64,000 nt of DNA, taken from assembly GCF_001194135.2 (NCBI RefSeq), contig NC_068989.1, positions 17,137,280-17,201,279 of the forward strand, given 5' to 3'. Each line of letters opens with the position of its first letter. Position 1 is the first letter of the stretch. The position numbers and the translations under genes are program-made. The stretch comes from Octopus bimaculoides (taxonomy: Eukaryota). The notes beneath the pieces are model-generated. The model did not search any database. It worked only from the letters and a program-made list of their open reading frames with translations, and was not told the origin of the DNA. Below, one piece after another: positions 52,092 to 64,000 of this stretch.

Positions 52092-52900
52092 CTGCGGAAT
52101 TCGTAAATATAATATATTTAAGTGAATAGGGTAAAACATGACCGTTGACCAAAATTACAATGTCTAATAGTCAAAAAGAGTCTGATAATGTTACACCTAG
52201 CTAAACATTTACATACATATATACATACATACAACAAGACATGCATGCACGTATCCATCCATCCATCCACCCATCCATCCATACAAGAAAATACCTTAAA
52301 GTAAAATGATTAACTAGAAATTTAAATCGAAGTCAATCAGCAGTCTATAGAGTCTATAAAGACATTAGGTGTCAACTATTTATCACAGCAACTCCTTCCC
52401 AGAAAGATGCAAAGTCATCCCGAAGGAAAATGTGGAGCGAAGTGAAGAAGTTAAATTAGGTAACAGTCTTTGTATTAAACCAGTCACAAACAGCATCGGC
52501 GGCGAGACCCTTGAGTCGGTGATTTAAAAACATCAAGACAAAAAAGCACAAGGAAGGTTTCAGTTGATCCAATCAACTGGAACAGCCTGCTTATGAAAAT
52601 GACGTTCAAGTGGCTGAGCACTCCACAGACACGCCAATCCATGACGTACTTGTCAGAGAAATTCAGTGTGACACGGAATATAACTTTGAAATGCGGGTAC
52701 TACTCATTTTTGCCAGTTGAGTGGACCGAAGCAATGTGAAATAAAGTGTCTTGCTGAAGGGCACAACGCAGCGCCAAGAATCTTGCCCACGACCATATGA
52801 CCGTGAACCGAATACCATAAGCATTAAGCCACACGTCCCCACTATACATATATACATATATATATATATACATATATGTGTATATATATGTATATATATA

Positions 52901-52948
<48 letters not shown>

Positions 52949-53208
52949 NNNNNNNNNNNNNNNNNNNNNNNNNNNNNNNNNNNNNNNNNNNNNNNNNNNN
53001 NNNNNNNNNNNNNNNNNNNNNNNNNNNNNNNNNNNNNNNNNNNNNNNNNNNNNNNNNNNNNNNNNNNNNNNNNNNNNNNNNNNNNNNNNNNNNNNNNNNN
53101 NNNNNNNNNNNNNNNNNNNNNNNNNNNNNNNNNNNNNNNNNNNNNNNNNNNNNNNNNNNNNNNNNNNNNNNNNNNNNNNNNNNNNNNNNNNNNNNNNNNN
53201 NNNNNNNN

Positions 53209-54287
53209 ATGATGGTGGAAGATATCAACTCCTTACTTGTTTTTCTAAAATGCACCATAAATGTTTAATAATATTGAGATCTGGGGACTGTGGTGGCCAG
53301 ATAAGATGTTCAACTTCACTAGAATGTTCCTCGTGCCATTCAGTAACAACTTTAGCTGTGTGAATTAATTGGTGCATTATCATCCTGAAAGATTGCGTAT
53401 CCCTCCGGAAACAGTTCCGCAACCATAGGATGAATTTGATCAGATAAAATGCTTAAATAGTCTTAACTATTAATTCTGCCATGGAGGGGGACCATTGGGC
53501 TGGCAGATTTCCAAGATATAGCCCCCAGGTCATCACAGATTCTCCTCCATATTTAACAGTTGGAAGAAGGTAGCCTGGGTCAAATGCTTCTTATGGCTGT
53601 CTCCACACGTATACTCGGCCGGTGGTCGGAAATAAGGTAAAGGATGACTCGTTCGAGAAAATAATATTCTTCCACTGCTCTAGGGACCAATTCTGTAGGT
53701 TTTTATTCTACTCTAAACCCTTTGCAACGTATGTTCTTGAAAGTAGTTGTTCTGTGATTGCAACCCTTCCTCCCCGTGAAATCCGGCTTTGTGAAGCTCT
53801 CGGCGAACAGTTTTTGTGGAAACTCGGAGGTGGTTATTAAGCTCTGCAGTAATTTTGGGAGCAGTACTTTTGCGATCCTTTCTAACAATTCGCGTAAAAG
53901 TCCGACGGTCCCTATCTGAAAGGTTTGGTTTTCTTTCGGAGTTTTGTTTTGACGAGGAGGTTTTTCCCTCTTTCTCAAAGAATGTCATTACTTTCGAGAC
54001 AGTACTTCTTGATACACCAAACATTTCGGCTGTTTCCGTTATGCTAGCGCCTGCCATACGAGCACCAACAATTTGACCTGTTTGAACGTCCGATAAATTA
54101 GTCATTTTAATGAATTTTAATTACCTTTTTCTGATGATATCTGAAAAGAAACAGCAATGTTAGCAAAACATATTAAGCAACACTAATAATAAATCAAAAA
54201 GCATAAAAATAAACAAGCTTTTGACGGTTTTATAGACATTTATGATGCTATGATGCTAGGTGTTTCCATTATTTTGTCCAACTCCTG
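53209..54287 (-). mobile_element. Tc1 transposon with DD36E-type spacing, decayed
   Basis: TA + TIR caggagttggacaaaataatggaaacacc at 54287. Transposase from 54105 to FQDDNAPI(+4 nt)HTAKVVTEWHEEHSSEVEHLIWPPQSPDLNIIKHLW, giving 36 residues between D and the E position (K in this copy). Confidence 0.88.
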
Positions 54288-54316
54288 TATATATACAAAG
54301 AGAGAGAGAGAAGAGA

Positions 54317-54395
<79 letters not shown>

Positions 54396-54396
54396 G

Positions 54397-54438
<42 letters not shown>

Positions 54439-54926
54439 CAGATAGCAGGCGTAACTCATTTTCAGCTGATCTTGCCCATGCTCACTAGAAGCTGCCCACT
54501 CCGGGAGACAATCCCACAGCATTGTGATCGTAAGTTCAACGGCCTATAACTAAACTAGATGCATACATACATGCAGATAGACAGACGGGCGGACAGACAA
54601 ATTAGTCAAGCTATGCTGGCAAACAATATACAATATTGACACACTCTAAGATAGATGTTTTATAGAAAATTATAAACAAATCTCTTTCAGGCATGTCACG
54701 TGTAGTTATTTGTCGGCTGATAGGTTGGTGAATGGAAGCGGATTAACAATATTGCGGCTATACACTTATATAATCTGGATAAGCTCCTTACACAGCCAGA
54801 TGAATATGATTAATAATGCTTGCATTTACAATACACACAAATATATGCATATGTGTGTGTGTGTGTATGTGTGTGTGTGTGTGTGTGTGTGTATGTCGCC
54901 GTGTGTACTGACACGCACATATATCG

Positions 54927-54973
<47 letters not shown>

Positions 54974-55081
54974 TGTGTACATAAACACTCGCACGCACAT
55001 ACAGAGAAAGATAGCTAGATAAATAAAGATAGATAGCTAGATAGATAGATAGATATGTGTGGCGTATGTGTGTGTACGCGT

Positions 55082-55122
<41 letters not shown>

Positions 55123-55737
55123 TAGGTATGAGTGTGCACGCAGATTTTCCTTTAAGTATCCAAAAAAAGAAAAAAAAAAAATCCACACCACTCATATTCG
55201 CACATTAACATATTTCTCTTAAGCTAATAAGCATATATGAGTATTATTGCAACCACTCGCAAAGAGACGTTCGCATACATAAATACACGTATATAAATAT
55301 TTATCTACGTACGCATGCATCCATCCATACATGCATACATACATACATGATAGCAATGTCGTCGTGTTCCAAGATCACAAGGAAGAGCGGCACATTCTCA
55401 GGGGACAATGCAAGCCGATCCTCGACGCATTTCTTTCTGCCCTCACTCAATAGTTTGAAAGAGGGAACCAGTCTGTGTAATCCGATCCCACTCTTTAGAC
55501 CTGGAAGGGTAAGACAGCTGCGATGACCAACAAGCTGTAGGTCTTACCTTGGAGTACCTTCTCCAAGGTGAATTGCCTTACAGGATTGGAGAGCTCCTTC
55601 TTCTTTAGAAACGGAAGAAGGGTATCATAGAGTGCATCGGATCACCTGAAAGATTTACTGTTTCATTTGCCCTTAGCCTTGTCTTGTCTCAAGGCATTCA
55701 CAAAGCAGCGAGGCTTTGTGCTTCGCATGTCTTCCAT

Positions 55738-56118
55738 TGTTGGCACTTCGTCGCTTACGACGACGAGGGCTCCAGTTGATCCGATCAACGGAACAGCCTG
55801 CTCGTGAAATTAACGTGCAAGTGGCTGAGCACTCCACAGACACGTGTACCCTTAACGTAGTTCTCGGGGATATTCAGCGTGACACAGAGTGACAAGGCTG
55901 GCCCTTTGAAGTACAGACACAACAGAAATAGGAAGTAAAAGTGAGAGAAAGTTGTGGTGAAAGAGTACAGCAGGGTTTGCCACCATCCCCTGCCGGAGCC
56001 TCGTGGAGCTTTAAGTGTTATCGCTCAATAAACACTCACAACGCTCGGTCTGGGAATCGAAACCGCGATCCTATGACCGCGAGTCCGCTACCCTAACCAC
56101 TGGGCCATTGCGCCTTCA
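55738..56118 (-). mobile_element. tRNA-headed SINE group S3 (long form)
   Basis: Reverse complement of 13180-13563 at high identity. Confidence 0.85.
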
Positions 56119-56548
56119 CCAGGTCTTCCATAACATACTAAGAAATCCATATCTGGCACCCTGTCAAATGTAAATACTCCGAGTAAGAGTTGGCCTGGGA
56201 GCAATAGTGGCTAAGAGGAAGTTCCATACTCTTCAAAATCCTGGAACTGCAGAAATAGTAACCCACAACAGAATGCATTTTAAATTCATTCCCATTATAT
56301 ACATTCAATCATACATGCATGCATCCATCCATCTATACATACATGATTCCATGTATATATCCATATATGCATGGATACATACATACATACATACGTTATT
56401 ATCCTAAACAACGACAAAACCTTCCTTTGTGCATAGCATGCGAACTCCTTGTCAAAACTCCTTGCCAGTGTGCACCGTTGATCTCACTAAGAGCGTAGTT
56501 TCCTACCAAAACGCACTATCACGTCATAAGTAGACGGAGCTTTTTGCG

Positions 56549-56579
<31 letters not shown>

Positions 56580-56580
<1 letters not shown>

Positions 56581-57829
56581 CAGGTTGAGTAAAAAGTAAG
56601 CAACGTTTTGACGAATTTGTACCGGATTTTTGCAGAGCTTTGAATTTTTTAAACATTTTTTAGCAATTGTCTGATTATACATAGACTTGCCGTAAAGCAT
56701 CAATAAATTAACATTGATATTTTTTGCACCGTGGTTACAATCAACTGAAATGGAACTGTCAAGGCGCGATATTTGAGCAATTTTGCTATTCAATTTCAAA
56801 AAAGGACGTGAAGCAGTTGAAACTGTTTGCGATATCAACAAAACGTTTGGTGAGGAAATGACCAGTGAGTAGTCAGCTCGACAATGGTTTAAACGATTTC
56901 ACAGTGGAGACCTGAGCCTTGAAGAGCGTAGTGGACGCCCATCTGTCATCGATGACGGTCAATTAAAGACGGTCATTGAGAAAGATCCACGTAAAACCAC
57001 CCGAGAACTAACAAAAGAACTTCAAGTTAACCAGAAAACTGCCTGCAACCATTTGCATGCTATCGGAAATTCAAAAGAGCTCGACGATTTAACGAAAATC
57101 AGAAAATGCGCAGATATGAAATTGACTCGTCGCTTCTTCTCCGTAACCAGACCGATCTCGACCGTATTGTAACTTGCGATGAAAAGTGGATTCTGTACCA
57201 TAATAAAAAACGTTTTTTTTTTTTTTTGAAGCGGTTGGACCAAAATGAAGCACCGAAAACCTTCCCTAAATCCGAGCTCTTCAAATAGAAGGTTATGGTG
57301 ACTGTTTGGTGGTATGCTGCCGGACTTCTCCACTATAACTTCTTAAAACCAGGAAAAACCATTACTGCAGAAACATATTACCATGAAATTGCTAAAATGG
57401 ACGAAAAACTGCTACTCCTCGTCCCAGACTGGTCAACAGAAGAAGGCCAATCATTCGTCATTACAATGCCTGACCACACGTTTCACTAATGACGCTCCAG
57501 AAGTTGAGGGAACTTGGCCACGAAGTTCTTCCCCACCCAGCTTATTCCTCAGACCTTTCTCCTACCAACTGCCATTTTTTTCAAGCACCTTGATGGTTTC
57601 CTGCGAGAGAAGAATTTCAAAAATCAAACCGATGCTGAAGGTGCGTTCAAAGAGTTAATCAGCTCCAGAACTCTTTTATGTTACCGGAATAAACAAACTT
57701 GTATCTCGTTGACAAAAATGTGTTGATTGTAATGGTACTTATCTGGATGAATAAAATTTCAGCATTGTTGAGATGTATTGTGATCAATTTCATTTTCCAA
57801 AACGTTGCTCACTTTTTTACTCAGCCTGA
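56580..57829 (+). mobile_element. Full-length decayed mariner (DD34D) transposon, 1,250 bp
   Basis: TIRs tcaggttgagtaaaaagtaagcaacgttttg / caaaacgttgctcacttttttactcagcctga + TA. Transposase 56750-57754 has RSGRP, IVTCDEKWILY, HYNA*PH and HPAYSSDLSPTN motifs, with stops and frameshifts. Confidence 0.92.
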
Positions 57830-58898
57830 TATATATATATATATATATATANNNNNNNNNNNNNNNNNNNNNNNNNNNNNNNNNNNNNNNNNNNNNNNNN
57901 NNNNNNNNNNNNNNNNNNNNNNNNNNNNNNNNNNNNNNNNNNNNNNNNNNNNNNNNNNNNNNNNNNNNNNNNNNNNNNNNNNNNNNNNNNNNNNNNNNNN
58001 NNNNNNNNNNNNNNNNNNNNNNNNNNNNNNNNNNNNNNNNNNNNNNNNNNNNNNNNNNNNNNNNNNNNNNNNNNNNNNNNNNNNNNNNNNNNNNNNNNNN
58101 NNNNNNNNNNNNNNNNNNNNNNNNNNNNNNNNNNNNNNNNNNNNNNNNNNNNNNNNNNNNNNNNNNNNNNNNNNNNNNNNNNNNNNNNNNNNNNNNNNNN
58201 NNNNNNNNNNNNNNNNNNNNNNNNNNNNNNNNNNNNNNNNNNNNNNNNNNNNNNNNNNNNNNNNNNNNNNNNNNNNNNNNNNNNNNNNNNNNNNNNNNNN
58301 NNNNNNNNNNNNNNNNNNNNNNNNNNNNNNNNNNNNNNNNNNNNNNNNNNNNNNNNNNNNNNNNNNNNNNNNNNNNNNNNNNNNNNNNNNNNNNNNNNNN
58401 NNNNNNNNNNNNNNNNNNNNNNNNNNNNNNNNNNNNNNNNNNNNNNNNNNNNNNNNNNNNNNNNNNNNNNNNNNNNNNNNNNNNNNNNNNNNNNNNNNNN
58501 NNNNNNNNNNNNNNNNNNNNNNNNNNNNNNNNNNNNNNNNNNNNNNNNNNNNNNNNNNNNNNNNNNNNNNNNNNNNNNNNNNNNNNNNNNNNNNNNNNNN
58601 NNNNNNNNNNNNNNNNNNNNNNNNNNNNNNNNNTATTGTATAGTAATGCCCTTATATAAATATAAATATATATTTCGGGAATAAATGATGGATTTTTTTC
58701 CCTTATGAGGTTTTTTTCACGCTAGCTACTTGATAAATTCTTGTAAAAGAATTCGTCCTATTATTGAATTTAAATTTATATATATATATATATATATATA
58801 TAGGGAAAATTCACACAAAAAAACAAAAACAAACGACGATGGCAGGTGGTATAGAAAACAAACAGATGTATTAGTATAACGCTCGGGAATTGAAAAAG

Positions 58899-58935
58899 TC
58901 TTTAATGTTTCGAGCCTACGCTCTTCCACAGAAAG
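58899..58935 (-). ncRNA. Second, more decayed copy of the hammerhead-like motif seen at 22517
   Basis: Minus strand CTTT-CTGTGGA-A-GAGC-gtag-GCTC-GAAA-CATT-AAAG, embedded in the same ~200-bp repeat (shared cccgagcgt.atactaata..accacctg.c.tcgtc). Confidence 0.45.
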
Positions 58936-59099
58936 GAACACAGAAAGAAACAAGGGGAGAAAAAAATGTGTGCAATGGTTAGCGATCTATCATGATGTAT
59001 GTATGTATGTATTCTGTGTGTGTGTGTATTGCATGCATACATACATACACACACATACATACATTTGTTTTGGGACAAAATAGAAACATCATGTTAAAT

Positions 59100-59270
59100 T
59101 GACGTTTTACACGGGGTTGGTCCATCTTTGGCATGATTCACTCTTGTAATACGTCGAGGAATTGATTCGTACATGTTCTGAACGGTTGTTAGCGGAATGT
59201 TTAGTAATTATTCATATAAAATCTGCTTTAGATCTTTCTACGACGATGGCGGAAGGAAGCGGCTCCTCAC
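59100..59270 (-). mobile_element. Tc1 transposase C-terminal remnant
   Basis: SRFLPPSS...IPLTTVQNMYESIPRRITRVNHAKDGPTP resembles the Tc1 C-terminus (IPRRI.AV..AKGGPTPY). Confidence 0.6.
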
Positions 59271-60620
59271 TCATTGCTGTTCGTCACACCTTTATTCATC
59301 ACATGTCCGTTGACCATATATCTGTTGACCATATATCTGTTGACCGCATCTTATGCTGGTCGCTTATCACTTTTGTCTACTTTTATAGGTCACTCACCGA
59401 ATTCAAATTTCCATCCATATTCAACTAATTAATCACGTGTTACATCATGTACCGAATAGTTACCCAGTCACTGCAGTCTTCTCACAGTTAATAGCTTTCT
59501 CTCCACCCTCTCTCTCTCTCTCTCTCTCTCTTTTCTTTACCCCCCACCCTTCTCTCTGTCTCACTGCTATCAATCAGTCCATTCAGTATCCTTTGGAAAC
59601 ATGTTATATCTCTCGCTCTCACGAACAGTTCTGCTTGAAACCTCAGACTTTTCATATTGCTTACGGCAAACCAGATTATCCATTCCTGAACACTTTATAC
59701 TCACTGACTGCCGATGCAAATCATTAATAACTTATTCCAATCTTACTGTTTACTTTAATAACTAGAGCTGTTGTTGTTGCTAATGGTGTTGTTGTTATTG
59801 TTATTAATGTTGTTATTATTGTTATATTTCTTGCTGGTGCCATTGCAATGACTATCCAACCCAGATTAATTCTTCTAAATGAGAAGCTTAAGTGAAAGTA
59901 ATCTTCTAGTTTGTTCCTTTTGTGCTAAGAATGACTCTGCTGTCTTTGAAATCCCATCAACTGGTACAAATTATGAGAGGTAATGTCAAAACGAAAGACA
60001 AACAAGGAAATGACATTTTTTGTTAGATAGTTCAATTGTACTGCCTCCAGAATAATATATTTTTCTTTGATAATCTCCTTCCGAAAAATCTTATAATCGT
60101 TACAATGAGATTAGACTAATCTGGCTTAATCGTTAGAGTGACGGTCAAAATGCCTTACCGTATTCGTTGTTACTGCTTACGTTCTGAGTTCGAATCCTGC
60201 CAAGATCAACATTGACTTTCCTCCTTTTGAGGGTCAATAGTAATAAAGTGTCAATCGAGTACTAGATATCAGTATAACCAACTAACCTCGCCGTATTTCT
60301 GATCTTGTGCTTCAATAAAGAAATCATTATAAAGAGTAGTCGACTGAACTGGCAGAATCGTTTGAATGTCGGACAAAATCCCTTGGCGGTATTTGTTCGA
60401 GCTCTTTTCTTTATGTCTTCAATTCTCGCAAACGTCACATTCAACCTTTCGGGATCGATAAAATAAAGTACCAGTCAAGTGCTGGGGTCGAAATATCGAT
60501 TAACGCCTACGCTCAAAATTGCTAGCCCTGTGCCTAAATTATTATTACCATCATCATTATCATTGTCCTTGTTGTTGTTGTTGTTGTTGTTGTTATTATT
60601 ATTATTATTATTATTATTAA

Positions 60621-60838
60621 GTGAGAGAGCAGTGCATGCCATCAAAGTGACACTGGATAAAATATACGAAGCCCAATATACCCATCATGACTACCCGTCT
60701 GATAAGGATACACCAGGCACATGCATCACAACCATATGTGCGCGACATGGTGATCTCATATCAAGATAAACAGTGCACGACCTTGCAGGTGGGGCCCAGT
60801 TAGAATTTTCTTCAGGTCGGGTAGCCCATCCCACAAAG
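60621..60838 (-). mobile_element. (AAT)n-tailed element, 5'-truncated copy
   Basis: Same 3' end gtgagagagcagtg... adjoining (TTA)n. Confidence 0.8.
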
Positions 60839-60839
60839 T

Positions 60840-61040
60840 TATTCTGCAAACTCACATCATCCCGTATTATCTCCACCACCGCTCTGATCATCCACATCAT
60901 ACAAGACGCATTTGCGCAGACGTTGGGGATTATTGGAAACATGCAAATACTTTTGTGCGCCGTTATGTAAAGTGCGGTTATAGTGAATCAAGATTAAAGG
61001 AAATAGCAAATGACATAGCTGAAATTAAAAGTGATAATCT
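60840..61040 (+). mobile_element. Penelope-like element reverse-transcriptase C-terminal remnant
   Basis: LFCKLT / YYLHHRSDHPHHTRRICADVGDYWKHANTFVRRYVKCGYSESRL matches the PLE pattern KPT...YLH..S.HP.H...RICS...F..RGY. Confidence 0.65.
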
Positions 61041-61059
61041 CAATAATCTTTCAAATCCC

Positions 61060-61340
61060 AAGAATCTTTCTTTTCTGATACTTTTCTGCGTCTCTCAATT
61101 CCAATATCTTTCAATGCCCTTGTTACCATTTTGGATGTTGTATCAATTGTACCAATTGTCCACAAGAATAAGTGTCAACTTTGTTTCATAATCTCTTCAT
61201 CTCTCTGGCTAGGTCATGGTATTACTCTTTTTTGCGCTGTCTTACTTCATTCGAGTTAAGGACAATCTTCTTGGGTGGTAAGCCGATGGTCAGTTTTGAA
61301 TGTGTACAGCAGCGGAGGCGGCGCCTTTTGACCAGTCGTC
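61060..61340 (-). mobile_element. Highly degenerate R4/Dong-like RLE remnant
   Basis: Fragmentary peptides KTDHRL..., YHDLAREMKRL*, GTIDTTSKMVTRALKDIGI resemble the RLE C-terminus. Confidence 0.45.
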
Positions 61341-61529
61341 ACTCATGCCATGGAAAGTGTAAGACGATTGGATTTCTTCAGACATCTGGAAGTGTTACGC
61401 TATTTAGTGTTATTGGTTGACTGGGGCGGTATTTTAGCGGTATTGTGTGTAACTGGAAAATAAGAGAAGTGGATGTAAATACTTGAGCCATTTCCATTTG
61501 AATTTCCCGAATGTTCTAGCGTAAAGAAA

Positions 61530-62420
61530 AGTGACCGCATCACGTTTTCCAGATAGTATATAGATAATTTATTGGGTCAGTAGACAAGGACAGTGCAGAA
61601 AGTTCATAACTTCAAACTGTCGCTACACAGACAACAAATTTGTGATCTACATGATCGTTCTGGCTTGTGCCTGTAGACCGGGGCCAGGCTACTGGAACTT
61701 ACCGCTTCCGGTGCAGAAAACCTACTGAGTCTGGATTAACGATTTCCTTAAACAGCGGTTGAATGGGGAAGTTATCAGCAACTGATGGTGGAGCACACTG
61801 AAAAAGGCTCTTAGAGCAGATGCGTTAAGTTTTAGTAAAGAAATACCAATAGAAAAATAGGTTAGAGAGTGAATTAAAGAAAATTGGAAGACGCAATTAG
61901 GAACGTGTCGCGACCGAAATGATGTTGTTGAGAATGACCGTCGACTTAGAGGCAAAAAAATGCCACCAACCGGTTCTGTCAAACTGTACGTTTAGTTACG
62001 AAACCGTCTTCCAGGTACACGTCAGGTGTTCCAGTACAGCTAATCTATGGAGTTTTCTCTTGTTGTCAGATAGCTAAACCGAAAGAGGTTGTATTGTGAA
62101 CGAGGTTGAAAGGATCTAAGACGGACACTTTTCTCTTTGGTCAAGCGCTCCTCAACATTTTCAAGTTTCATCGAGAAAGGAAAGTGAGAATGGAGGGGGA
62201 AGGTTTGCCCCAATTAAATTATATGAACTGTGGGTGATGCTAGCAAAGATGGCCAGAGTAAACAGGCCTACTATGTGCATAGACCCGTAGATTAAAGGAT
62301 GGCGACTGAAAGAGGGCAACTGCTCTCGTGGTCAGGGTGATCCAGATTTCGTGAGGTTTTCTTCGAATGGCCTCCGGTAGCGTCCGACTATTGCGGAACT
62401 TTGTTTCAGCTGAACTTTTC
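61530..62420 (+). mobile_element. Tx1/L1-like LINE remnant with internal deletion
   Basis: YTDNKFV (cf. the APE endonuclease SDH end), GPGYWNL and WWSTLKKALR, then a jump to the C-terminal TRLKG...FKFH..RKVR segment. Confidence 0.6.
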
Positions 62421-62575
62421 TTGTTATTTATTTTCGTTCTTGTTATTTTTTTTAGACCTAAATCCCATCTAACATATTTATCCTTTGTCCTTTGTTCTTT
62501 TATTCTGTCTTTGTACTATATCCTGTTTTCTCCGATCCATTCTGGTTTAGAAATAAATTCTCCTCCTCTTCCTCG

Positions 62576-62632
<57 letters not shown>

Positions 62633-63538
62633 CCATCATCAACAACATCATGAAAATAATGTAACCGCTCAAAGTTTTGACTCAAAACAAAATACTTTAG
62701 TTAATTACGGCGAACTCAGTATAGTCCCATGGTGTACCATCACGGTGGAATGCGCATAACTCTATACACCAGATCTCTGGAAATGTAGCGTTTCAGAGTG
62801 GACAAGTGTTTTTATCTCACTCTAAGTTGGTTGCTGGGATGTAGATAGTCTAGTCATGCAATTTCGATTGTGGTGTGTAGTGGTGGAAGCGATATTGTCT
62901 TGGCAAAAGTAACCCATGTCGACATAATGCTCACTGAAAAGACTGCGGAATTTCTACAGCCTGCAAATGACACCTTGAAATAGACGGAAAGTTCCTAGAA
63001 ATAATAGTATCTTCTAAAACCAAGAGGTGAAATAATCGCATAATTTTCCGCTTCCTGGTTCTTTTCACCTCCAGAGTGAATGGGAATCTCACTATATATA
63101 TATATATGTGTGTGTGTGTTTGTCCCCCAAGCATTGCTTGACAACCGGTGCTGGTGTGTTTATGTCTCCGTCACTTAGCGGTTCGGCAAAAGAGACCGAT
63201 AGAATAAGTACTAGGCTTACAAAGAATAAGTCCCGGGGTCGATTTGCTTCTTTCCTCTCCACGATACCAGACGAACCAATGGCTCGTAATGAGACGCAGT
63301 TTAGGGCAGCTGTGTCAAATTCTCTTATACACCAGATGTGCCATCAAAACTCTTGATTGGACCATGTCAGGTGGGGGAGAAGAGCCATGCAAGGAACGTG
63401 AAAATCACGGTGGTGCACCAGCATGACCGCAGCCACTTGGCTGAAACATAAATAAATAAATTAAAAAAAAAATATATATATATGCGCACTAATATATTCA
63501 TGTATGTATGTACGTGTGGTGTATATGTATGTATACGA

Positions 63539-63588
<50 letters not shown>

Positions 63589-63844
63589 TACACACACACA
63601 TTGAGACCGAAACTGAGATTGAGAAAGAGAGATTTATGCAGACAGAGACACATACACATCAGGCGTCCACTTACATATACGATAGAGAGATAAAGAAAGG
63701 AGAGGAATTGGGAAGATGGAAAGATAAAGAATCTTAAAATATGAAGAAAGCAAGAAAGAATGAGTGCTTAAGGACTACAGAGAGAGATAGTGAGAATATG
63801 AGAAAGAGATAGATATAGAGAAAGATAGCTGGCTGGCTTATTAG

Positions 63845-63875
<31 letters not shown>

Positions 63876-64000
63876 TAGAGAGAGAATGAAGAAATCTTTA
63901 AGCAAATATTTAGTCTTCTGAGGTTCACGGTCTTACTTTCTGATCGATTCTCTTGTTGTAGTCATGGCAACATTAGATGCCACGTAATCATTTCACTGAT

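Noticed and set aside
54466-54529. Plus-strand exon-like segment (ttttcag ... gtaagt, 64 nt)
   Set aside because: No partner exons or homology found; splice-like words occur by chance at this density.
59319-59346. Short direct repeats gttgaccatatatct (about three units) as a CRISPR-like array
   Set aside because: Contiguous tandem units without spacers, in a eukaryotic context.
59394-59420. Minus-strand MDGNLNS|GTGAGT resembling filamin CH1 'DGNL'
   Set aside because: Only 7 codons, an in-frame stop just upstream, and phase 0 does not fit the downstream phase-1 acceptors.
61240-61460. Strong minus-strand acceptor and short ORF MSEEIQSSYTF...HIQN*
   Set aside because: The ORF stops before the nearby donor, no frame links acceptor to donor, and part of the region is better explained as a decayed R4/Dong remnant.

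Overview
AT-rich, repeat-dense animal genomic DNA with many assembly gaps (N runs). The SINE and microsatellite landscape points to a coleoid cephalopod, probably Octopus (inference). One host gene is well supported, on the minus strand: an unusual filamin-like gene. Three exons splice in frame with canonical sites: 48166-47940 (calponin-homology domain), a 3,927-nt exon at 46280-42354 (end of the CH domain, one filamin/Ig repeat, about 1,090 low-complexity residues, start of a second filamin repeat), and 38128-37907 (rest of that repeat plus stop). Its 5' end is unresolved; a weak candidate upstream exon lies at 52091-51894. The rest is decayed mobile DNA. There are four Tc1/mariner families (D37D maT, rosa-like, DD36E-type, DD34D mariner), many 3' fragments of restriction-like-endonuclease LINEs (R4/Dong-like ones in (TAA)n, plus HERO-like and CRE-like), Tx1/L1-like and Penelope-like remnants, three tRNA-headed SINE groups, and an unclassified (AAT)n-tailed element. 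Reading both strands also revealed several minimal Type I hammerhead ribozyme motifs. The best is a fully canonical one at 27693-27744 on the minus strand.
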